A stretch of 64,000 bases of DNA from a bacterium (GTDB taxonomy: Bacteria > Hinthialibacterota > Hinthialibacteria > Hinthialibacterales > Hinthialibacteraceae): positions 640,001 to 704,000 of the forward strand of contig CAXXMV010000002.1 in assembly GCA_963662285.2 (NCBI GenBank), written 5' to 3'. Each line of letters starts with the position of its first letter. The stretch's first letter is position 1. The position numbers and the translations under genes were made by a program. The notes beneath the pieces are model-generated. The model did no database searches. It worked only from the letters and a program-made list of their open reading frames with translations, and had not been told where the DNA came from. Positions 10,078 to 17,981 of the stretch are shown here, piece by piece.

Positions 10078-10118
10078 CTTCCTCCTTGAAATCAGAATCC
10101 GGCATCCTTGCCGGACTC
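10078..10118 (-). promoter_or_regulatory. Putative CsrA-binding sites in the flagellin leader (GGA hairpin plus SD)
   Basis: mRNA GAGUCCGGC-AAGGAU-GCCGGAUUC lies just upstream of the AAGGAGGA SD, the same layout as CsrA sites on other flagellin mRNAs. Confidence 0.7.
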
Positions 10119-10450
10119 AGCAGCCTTGGGTGCGATTTGGCCGCTAATTTGGGTGCTTTTTATTTTTATATCTTTGAAAATCAGAGGTTTGCCGCCTTGG
10201 AATCAGTGGTGCGAGCACTGTTTCCCGGCTTAGTTCTGATAATCGAGGGGATATTTACCCTCTTGATCATTTCCAGTTAATTAATTTGAGTCATTCTTAC
10301 CAGGGAGGTAACCTGGACGCATTATGAGGTGCGGATGACAGTTATGTTTAATTGATAACCTAGATGATCCTCCTTCCCTAACTATATTCTTGATATTCGA
10401 AATTAATCTTTTTGATTACACTCTTTGAGACTACGACTTGATCGTATTTA

Positions 10451-10478
10451 GTATCGTCAGTAGCACGAAAAATCTTGA
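10451..10478 (-). promoter_or_regulatory. Putative sigma28 promoter of fliC
   Basis: TCAA-N16-GACGATAC on the minus strand; it is the best FliA-like match seen upstream of fliC. Confidence 0.55.
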
Positions 10479-10612
10479 GCCTTTTTAGATTTTGTTGCAA
10501 GAATTATGAATCATGCTGATTTTTATTGATTTGTGTTGTGGTTAGAGTGGTACTCAAAATCATATTCACTCAAAATCGCTTTTGGTTTTCGGAAAAGATT
10601 GAAAAAAATAAT

Positions 10613-10649
10613 AAAAAAACCTCTCGTCTTAGGGAAAAGGAGAGGTTTT
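10613..10649 (-). terminator. Intrinsic terminator after the MCP gene
   Basis: AAAACCTCTC...GAGAGGTTTT inverted repeat with a T-run. Confidence 0.6.
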
Positions 10650-10711
10650 AGGGAAAAGGAGAGATTTAATAATGGATATGGGAATACTATATTGTTTTTA
10701 AGCAAAACTCT

Positions 10712-12910
10712 CTAGAATTCCTCGAATTCCTGATCCTGTGCGTTATCGATGCGTTCATGCGTTTGGTTTCTCATAGTTGAGGGAGCAGGCAGTGATTTAC
10801 CCATTGATTCATATTGATTTGCAGAGGATTTCGAAACGCCGCTAGAGGCGTATATATTGTTTTGATATGTTTTGACGCGGAAACGACCAACTGTTTCCTG
10901 GAGGAATTGAGCCTGAGAGGCCAATTCTTCACTAGCGGCAGCCGATTGTTCACTGGCGGCGGAATTTTGTTGCGTAACTTCATCCAATTGTGTTATAGCT
11001 TCTTTGATTTGGCTGGCGCCGTTAGCTTGTTCGCCGCATGATTGATTGATGCCTTTAACGCGCTCAGAAGCATTTTGAATTGCGGGAACGACATTTTGAA
11101 TTAGTTTACCGGCTCTTTCCGCCTGAACAACGCTCTCTTTCGCTACTGTACTAATTTCCTTGGCAGCGGCCTGGCTGCGTTCGGCGAGTTTTCGCACTTC
11201 GACCGCGACAACAGCAAATCCCTTACCCATCTCTCCAGCGCGAGCCGCTTCGATAGCGGCGTTAAGCGCTAAGAGGTTGGTTTGATCAGCGATATCGTCG
11301 ATGATGCCGATTTGTTCGGCGATCTTCTTCATGGCCGAGACGGTGTCTATGACGGCGGAACCGCCTTCTTCTGCTTCTTTAGAAGCTTTGATGGTAATGT
11401 TATCGGCATCATTGGCATTGGATGCGTTATTATCAATAGAATTAACCAGTTGTTGAATGGCCGAAGATGTTTCTTCCAGGTTGGCAGCTTGTTCGGTGGC
11501 GCCGCTAGCTAAACTTTGGGATGATGCGGAAAGTTGTTCAGCGCTGGCGGCGACCTGCTCAGCGCCGGCTTGAATATTAGTGACAGTCTCCGCAGTACTT
11601 TCTACCATTTGATTTAGCGCATCACATAGGATGCCGACCTCATCCTTCTGCTTAACGGTAATACTTTGGGTTAAGTCTCCATTGGCTACCTTTTTGGCAA
11701 AATCAACTGCGCGCTGGATTGGATTGGCGATTTTTGAGGCGACGATCATGGCGAGAAATCCAAAGACGCAGCAGAGAATTATGGCGCCGGTTAAAATAAT
11801 ATATTGCATAGCGTTAAGTGAACTATCCACCCGCTTTTGCGCTTCCTGGAAATCGTCTTCATAGGCGCCTGCACCTATGATCCAATCCCATGGTTCAAAG
11901 TAGGTTATCCCTGAAAGTTTATAACGGGCGTTGGTTTCGCCTTGGTTTTTCCAGGGATATCTCTGGTAATCGGCTGATCCATTAGAGGTTGCAAGACCTT
12001 TTCTTACAATTTCCTGAATAAACAGGTTTCCATCGGAATCCTTGGCGTCATAGATATTTTCTCCATCGCGCTGGCCTTTGGCAGAGATAATATAATGACC
12101 CTTTTGCTCACCTGAACCTCCTACAATAAATACATAACCTGTTTTACCGACTACTATATCCATGATTCCTTTGCGTAGACTTTCCACGCTTTCTTCTTTT
12201 ACCGCAACTCCCAACATACCTACAATATTGTTGTTATTGTCTTTGATCGGTTCATAAGCAGTTAGGCACCAATCACCGAGCACTTGCGCTCTCCCCATAT
12301 AGGATTTTCCACTGATTACAGTCGAGATAACCGCATTGGAATTTCCGTTAGCCTGTTTTGCTGGAATATATGTTCCTACTTGACGTGTTCCATCAGAAGA
12401 TTCCGCAGTTGTGCTTATCCGAAGCATATCTCCCGCTTCATTTATTCTTTGGAATATAGTGCAAATAGATCCGATAAGTTGATTGGCTTTATCAACAATG
12501 GGGTATTGTTTTGTCCTTATATCGAATTCACCAAGCCATTGATTTTGCGCCATTAATTTTGGCATCGAGATTTGTTTTGCCTGATTATTGTTTTGATTGA
12601 CAGCATTGATGTTGATGGTTTGTTTGGAAAGAGAGATCGTTCCGGCGGCGTTTAATAAATAACGGGCTACATTGAGGTCTTGCGATACTTTCTGCTGGAC
12701 GCTTTCATTAGTAATCCGGCACATAAGATATACGTCTTTAGCGATCTTGCTCACTTCATTTTTAGCAAGAGCATCTAATTCGACAGATACGGTGGTTTGG
12801 AGTTCTCCTCTTTGCCATACAATCACTAATACCAGAACCAATGAAGTCAATAATACTGCTCCCGAACATAAAATCATTATTTTGGATTTGATAGAATTCA
12901 TTTTGATCAT
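10712..12910 (-). CDS. Methyl-accepting chemotaxis protein (periplasmic Cache domains, HAMP, MA)
   Basis: TM1; Cache motifs TIFQR...MLRISTT and [13 protein letters not shown]...YPWKN...[12 protein letters not shown]; TM2; HAMP; [30 protein letters not shown]. Start moved to ATG 12910 because of the AAGGAGG RBS and the upstream sigma54 box. Confidence 0.95.
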   Translation of the reverse strand: MIKMNSIKSKIMILCSGAVLLTSLVLVLVIVWQRGELQTTVSVELDALAKNEVSKIAKDVYLMCRITNESVQQKVSQDLNVARYLLNAAGTISLSKQTININAVNQNNNQAKQISMPKLMAQNQWLGEFDIRTKQYPIVDKANQLIGSICTIFQRINEAGDMLRISTTAESSDGTRQVGTYIPAKQANGNSNAVISTVISGKSYMGRAQVLGDWCLTAYEPIKDNNNNIVGMLGVAVKEESVESLRKGIMDIVVGKTGYVFIVGGSGEQKGHYIISAKGQRDGENIYDAKDSDGNLFIQEIVRKGLATSNGSADYQRYPWKNQGETNARYKLSGITYFEPWDWIIGAGAYEDDFQEAQKRVDSSLNAMQYIILTGAIILCCVFGFLAMIVASKIANPIQRAVDFAKKVANGDLTQSITVKQKDEVGILCDALNQMVESTAETVTNIQAGAEQVAASAEQLSASSQSLASGATEQAANLEETSSAIQQLVNSIDNNASNANDADNITIKASKEAEEGGSAVIDTVSAMKKIAEQIGIIDDIADQTNLLALNAAIEAARAGEMGKGFAVVAVEVRKLAERSQAAAKEISTVAKESVVQAERAGKLIQNVVPAIQNASERVKGINQSCGEQANGASQIKEAITQLDEVTQQNSAASEQSAAASEELASQAQFLQETVGRFRVKTYQNNIYASSGVSKSSANQYESMGKSLPAPSTMRNQTHERIDNAQDQEFEEF

Positions 12911-12950
12911 GATAAGCGCCTCCTTAAACATAACTTTAAACAAAAGTTTA

Positions 12951-12967
12951 AGCAATACAGGCGCCAA
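12951..12967 (-). promoter_or_regulatory. sigma54 -24/-12 promoter of the MCP gene
   Basis: TTGGCGC-CTGTA-TTGCT about 40 bp upstream of the start; long AT-rich region further upstream. Confidence 0.75.
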
Positions 12968-13522
12968 TATCGCAAATGCAATCGATAGATCGAAAATATA
13001 TTATTTAATGATATAGTAATAAAATTGTTAAGGATTACAAAAAATATTTCTAGAGGAATGAATTATTACTTTTATATAACAAATTATTGCTTTTTTGGAA
13101 TGTAATATTGTCCTTTTTTTATTTTATGATATTTGTCAATTAAATAGTTTAGATTAATGTTAATTGTTATGCGATGTTTAATGAACCCGATTGTGATATC
13201 GATATTTTTATAATTATTAATTTCGATTACAAATTACATAAATTTTGTAATATCTTGAATTACAACAATAAAGTGGAATGATATGGAGTCGGATTGATCG
13301 AAAATTCAGTAGGAATTTCAATCTTCTATTAAATAATGAGAGTAGATATATTAATACGTATAATTATTATTGATTTATTTAAAAAGTATAGCTTAAAATA
13401 CAATATACTTTTGAGCACATTTTTCACTACAATGATTTATCATTATCGCCTAAGGTTTAAATTATTCCATAATTTTTGTATATTATCCATGAATTATAAT
13501 AAAAATACTGCAGGATAAAAAA

Positions 13523-13834
13523 ATGCAAATTAACGTTTCAACAGATGAAAGCGGTTCTGTGATTTCCATCAAAGGCCGATTGGATGCTCTTTCGGTGGTA
13601 GAATTCGAACAAACCATTAAATCCTATGTAGAAGAAGGATCATCTTCCCTGACTCTCGATTTTGCTGAAGTAGTATATATATCGAGCAGCGGCTTACGGG
13701 TTATAATGAATGCAGTGAAGTTGCTTGAAAAGCAAAAACGCTGCTTGATAATTCGCAATGCGCAACCCAATGTTTATAGCATCTTTGTGCTTACTGGTTT
13801 TGATAAATTTATTGAAATCTCTCAGTTGACATAA
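13523..13834 (+). CDS. STAS-domain anti-sigma-factor antagonist
   Basis: GRLDA...LDFAEVVYISSSGLRV..., F.LTGF. Confidence 0.92.
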   Translation: MQINVSTDESGSVISIKGRLDALSVVEFEQTIKSYVEEGSSSLTLDFAEVVYISSSGLRVIMNAVKLLEKQKRCLIIRNAQPNVYSIFVLTGFDKFIEISQLT

Positions 13835-13938
13835 TTAGAGAGGTTTACTAAAAACATTTTCTTCGTTTTCAAAAAATACGCCTAATCATTTAGCGACCGC
13901 TATATCCAATCCGATTCTATTTTTACGCGGAGACCATA

Positions 13939-15675
13939 ATGCTTGAAAATCATACCTGGCAAAGTATCCCTGGAACCAGCTCCTGCGAAATATATCCGCT
14001 AGAAAGAAAACCAGATATCAAAAGCAGCAACTCTTATATCATTCAATCCGAGACGGAAATTATCGTTATCGATCCTGGGGCGGATAAGAAACAAATTGAG
14101 CAAATCGCGGATGTCTTGATTCACGCAACCGGTTCAAAGAAAAAAATAGTATTCATTATCCTGACCCATTGTCATTTCGATCATTTCAAAGGAGCGCAGA
14201 AACTTATTCTATTGCTTGGGTATCCTTGTTATCTCTGCGTTCAAGAAAACGGAGCGCAGGCTCTTGAATCAGGAGATGAAAAACTGACATTGTCATATCT
14301 CTATAATCATAAGTTGCCAAAGCATTCGGTAGATATAAGATTATTGATGGATAGTGATTGGGAAACGGCAAGAAACCGTGCGGTTCACTTAGCCAAGAAT
14401 GCCCAGATTATTTTACATAATGAAATACAGACAATCTCTGATAGTAAACAACTCCTATGTCAATCAATGTCTCTTGGAAAATCTGATTCGCTATTTTTTT
14501 ATCATACTCCTGGTCATAGCCCGGATAGTATCTGCATCCGTATCGGAAAAATTTTATTTTCCGGAGATCTGTTATTGGCTTCCAATCCCGGTATTGCTGG
14601 AATTCCAGGTTGGGACAAAGAAGGTTTAATCAATTCTCTGGATAATATCCAATGGTTGGTTAATCAAGCAGATATCGAAATCTGTACTTTAGGGCATGGT
14701 AGAGCTTTATCGGGCGCAAAATTACCTTTAATTCTGCAACGAACGATTCCTTTTACCAAACGCTTGGATAATATCGTCGAATTGGACATGCAAAGGGCGC
14801 ATTTTCTGGATGATTACGCCAAGCATTTACTGGATGAAGTTTCCGAATTGTTCTCTGTTATATCCGGTAAGTTATTATCTCTTTCGTACCACTTGGAGAG
14901 TTTGTCTGAGGAAGAGGAAGCCCGAAAAATTTTGGACAAATTGGATATCGACGCTATTGATGGCTTTTTGTCGGATTTTAACCAATATGCCAATGAGTAT
15001 GGCGCCGGTAACCGGTTGAAGATGGAGATTCCCCTGAAAGCCATTCAAGTCATCATCAGCATCAAGAAAATCTTTGATGATGAAAAGTTGCAAAGCGTGA
15101 TTGATGTCTCCCTGCTGCGTAGGGTAAGATGGTTGATCTTGGATTTTCTCAATATAATGCAGGGTTTCCGCGAGGAAGTGCTGGGCAAAAGTGAAAATAT
15201 CAGCCATCTTTTCATTGCGTATTTAACTGAACTGCAAAAGCCGGTTATCCAGGATAAGGATTTTATGGATTCGTCGGGTGATGAAAATGCCTTTGTCCAG
15301 GAAATGATCCGGCGCATCGCCTTACGCAATATTTATGAGGATGTGAAAATTACCTTCACTGCGATGATTGGCGTCCCGGATGTTTATATCGAAAAAGAGC
15401 GCTTCTGCGATATGATGACTGCCATTTTTGAATCCATCGTAACTGCTGGCGCCAAACATATTCAGGTTGTAGTTTCACAAAACAACAACAAAATTCTTAT
15501 CGAATTAAAATCAACTCCAGAGATGGACTTTGAACATGTATTGAGTAGAAAAGCCCGGTTTATAGAGCGTATCTTCATGATGTTCGGAGCAAAGTTTTTA
15601 TGTAAAGAAGGCGACCACAATGGCCGCTTGATAATCGAATTGCTGCCAGCCGCTGATTGTTTCATGGTTAATTAA
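13939..15675 (+). CDS. MBL-fold metallohydrolase fused to a helical region and a degenerate GHKL/HATPase-like C-terminal domain
   Basis: IDPG, THCHFDH, TPGHSPDS, FSGD and GHG metal motifs. The C-terminal alpha/beta pattern resembles HATPase_c but has no N/G boxes (inferred by eye). Confidence 0.8.
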   Translation: MLENHTWQSIPGTSSCEIYPLERKPDIKSSNSYIIQSETEIIVIDPGADKKQIEQIADVLIHATGSKKKIVFIILTHCHFDHFKGAQKLILLLGYPCYLCVQENGAQALESGDEKLTLSYLYNHKLPKHSVDIRLLMDSDWETARNRAVHLAKNAQIILHNEIQTISDSKQLLCQSMSLGKSDSLFFYHTPGHSPDSICIRIGKILFSGDLLLASNPGIAGIPGWDKEGLINSLDNIQWLVNQADIEICTLGHGRALSGAKLPLILQRTIPFTKRLDNIVELDMQRAHFLDDYAKHLLDEVSELFSVISGKLLSLSYHLESLSEEEEARKILDKLDIDAIDGFLSDFNQYANEYGAGNRLKMEIPLKAIQVIISIKKIFDDEKLQSVIDVSLLRRVRWLILDFLNIMQGFREEVLGKSENISHLFIAYLTELQKPVIQDKDFMDSSGDENAFVQEMIRRIALRNIYEDVKITFTAMIGVPDVYIEKERFCDMMTAIFESIVTAGAKHIQVVVSQNNNKILIELKSTPEMDFEHVLSRKARFIERIFMMFGAKFLCKEGDHNGRLIIELLPAADCFMVN

Positions 15676-16370
15676 GAATTGAGTGCAGTGATGAATTTTT
15701 TCAAGGATTCAATAATTTTTTCTTTTTTAATTTGGTTGCTAAAGAAAAAATCTCGTCTTATTTCCAATTGAAGCCAGGGGAGTTCAGGATAATGACTTTG
15801 GATAAGATTCCCACCCTTAAAGGGATGGTTGATTGCAGCTTCGAAGCCAAAGCATTCCGTGAAGCATTTAGCCAGTAAATCCATCCATCCTGGAGGAAGT
15901 GTTTTTCCCTCTCTATCACTCAAACAAATTTCGGGTCGCTTGATTCCCTCCCCAGGTCCAATGGGAGGGCCTTCAGTGGCCATGGTATGGCAATCAATCC
16001 CCAAAATTATATTTGTATTTTTACTTTTTCTTGTCAATTCATGATGATAGGGATAATAGTATTTTTCCAGTAACTGGTTGATTACAATTTCTGGTAATTT
16101 CTGGTTATATACAGGAACATTCCAACAGGTATGCGTTTTTACTACTCCATCAGCGCGACGATCATCAATTTCTCTGTTTAAATCTACAATAGCGCGGGCT
16201 ATATTGGTCGTGACATATTCATTAACCTGTTCTTTGATTGAATAAATATCTGCGGCATATTCATCGCCGTCTTTGACAATATCGTCTCGCGTAAGGCTGC
16301 AAAATGGTTGAACCTCAAGAGGAACATCCAAACCGGCATGAGGCGATGAAATTATAATGGGTAATGTCAT
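15672..16370 (-). CDS. N-formylglutamate amidohydrolase-family protein
   Basis: PHAG, RAIVDLNR, YYYPYH, DCHTM, NHPFKGG and LQLEI motifs. Confidence 0.9.
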   Translation of the reverse strand: MTLPIIISSPHAGLDVPLEVQPFCSLTRDDIVKDGDEYAADIYSIKEQVNEYVTTNIARAIVDLNREIDDRRADGVVKTHTCWNVPVYNQKLPEIVINQLLEKYYYPYHHELTRKSKNTNIILGIDCHTMATEGPPIGPGEGIKRPEICLSDREGKTLPPGWMDLLAKCFTECFGFEAAINHPFKGGNLIQSHYPELPWLQLEIRRDFFFSNQIKKEKIIESLKKFITALNS

Positions 16371-17974
16371 TTTACCGGCCCCTTGGCGGAGCCGTCGCGG
16401 CGTTGATCGGCTACGCCGATAAATTCTTTGCGATCATGCATTACGAGGTTGATACTGCCTAAATAAAATGAAAAAGGTTCCCGAACTTTAATCTGATAAC
16501 CATGTTTTATTAACACGTCAGGGATATCGTTTCTCATTCGAGAGCCTTCAAGATGAACCAATCCCTGTAAAGTACAGTGTATGCGGGGCGCTGTTACCGC
16601 TTCTAAGGGAGACTGTTTATTTAATCTCATCAAAACTTGCAGGATCGATGGCGTAATCCGGTCGCTGCCTGGCGATCCGATAGCCAACCACGGCCTTCGA
16701 CCCTGAAAAACTATAGTAGGCGCAACGCTGGCCCAAGGAACCGCATTAGGTCTTAGATAATATGGGTGTGATATATCTTTAAATTCAAAAGCGCTCATAT
16801 AGTTGTTATATAGAAATCCCAACTCAGGCGATGCTTCGCATGAACCGTAGACTTTTTCTATAGATTGAGTCAATGCAACAACATTTCCATTTCGATCTAT
16901 AATTGATAAATGAGTGGTCTCTCCATGAGTCTTGATTCTTCTCCGGATTTGTTTGGCGACAAGTTTGGTATAATCTTCACTCAACATTTTTCTATCTTCC
17001 ACTTGGGGATAGAAACTGGGATCAAAAGGCCGGTCGCGCCGGTCTAGAAAAGCCCGGCGGATCAATTCTGCTAAAATAAGTACTCCACGGGGCGTGTCAA
17101 AATCCCGTTCTTTTTCTGGAATAGACATCAGCAGATTGATCATTTCAATAAGAGTGCGTCCCGCTCCGGGAGGTGGAAAAGTGATCAATCGTTTTCCTTC
17201 ATACCTGACGCTGATCGGTCGCCTTTCTATAGGCCACGGTATTTGAGCTAAATCATCCAATTGAATTAAGCCGTTATTTGCCGCCATATCAGCATGTATT
17301 TTTTGTGCAATATCCCCATTGTAAAAATCTTCAACTCCCTTTTCCATTAACTGAGTCAAGGTCTCTGCTAATACCGGCTGCTTAAATAAATCGCCTGGAT
17401 TATAAGCAACTTGTCCATCTTTAAGAAATAAACTACCCGCGGTTCGGGATTTCAGATGCGCTGATTCTCGTTGCAGCAGCCGACTTTGTAAATCTGTAAT
17501 GTGATAACCTGATTTAGCCAATTCAATAACCGGTTCAAGAATTTTGTTTATTGAATATGTGCCATATGTTTTTCTGGCGTATTCCAGAACTGCGGGCGTG
17601 CTTGGAACCGTGGTGGAGCGGCGCCCCCGGTTTCGTTCCCTTCTAGGGATAAGGCCTGGTGTTGCGCGATTAGGCGCACGGGATGAGCCATCCAAAGCGA
17701 AAGTTCGTCTTGGCTCTATGGTGTGAATCAGCATCATCGTCTGTCCGCCAAGACCTGATGCTTGCGGTTCGCAAACTCCTAAGGCGAAAGCGGCGGCGAC
17801 AGCCGCATCAATAGCGTTTCCTCCTTGTTCAAGAACGGCGCATCCTATATCTGTTGCGCAGGGATGAGCCGTTGAAACCATTCCATAATGGGAAACAGCC
17901 AGTTTCTGAGGATAACTTTCTTCTATGCATGAATCAATTTGTTCCTCTGATATTTCTAATTGATTCGTAGACAT
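16367..17974 (-). CDS. ggt: Cytoplasmic gamma-glutamyltransferase-family Ntn hydrolase
   Basis: GGNAIDAAVAAAFALGVCEPQASGLGG, TVP, FYNGDIA, PPPGAG, autocleavage site E/TTHLSIID, GSPG, APRIH, D.RRDG; no signal peptide. Confidence 0.92.
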   Translation of the reverse strand: MSTNQLEISEEQIDSCIEESYPQKLAVSHYGMVSTAHPCATDIGCAVLEQGGNAIDAAVAAAFALGVCEPQASGLGGQTMMLIHTIEPRRTFALDGSSRAPNRATPGLIPRRERNRGRRSTTVPSTPAVLEYARKTYGTYSINKILEPVIELAKSGYHITDLQSRLLQRESAHLKSRTAGSLFLKDGQVAYNPGDLFKQPVLAETLTQLMEKGVEDFYNGDIAQKIHADMAANNGLIQLDDLAQIPWPIERRPISVRYEGKRLITFPPPGAGRTLIEMINLLMSIPEKERDFDTPRGVLILAELIRRAFLDRRDRPFDPSFYPQVEDRKMLSEDYTKLVAKQIRRRIKTHGETTHLSIIDRNGNVVALTQSIEKVYGSCEASPELGFLYNNYMSAFEFKDISHPYYLRPNAVPWASVAPTIVFQGRRPWLAIGSPGSDRITPSILQVLMRLNKQSPLEAVTAPRIHCTLQGLVHLEGSRMRNDIPDVLIKHGYQIKVREPFSFYLGSINLVMHDRKEFIGVADQRRDGSAKGPVK

Positions 17975-17981
17975 GTTTGTC

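Noticed and set aside
10185-10200. c-di-GMP-I riboswitch suggested by GGCAAACC in the fliC leader
   Set aside because: The following GNRA-capped stem and GACGCAAAGC segment are absent.
15672-16370. Calling the amidohydrolase hutG
   Set aside because: No hutH, hutU, hutI or hutF nearby; it is coupled to the GGT-like gene instead.
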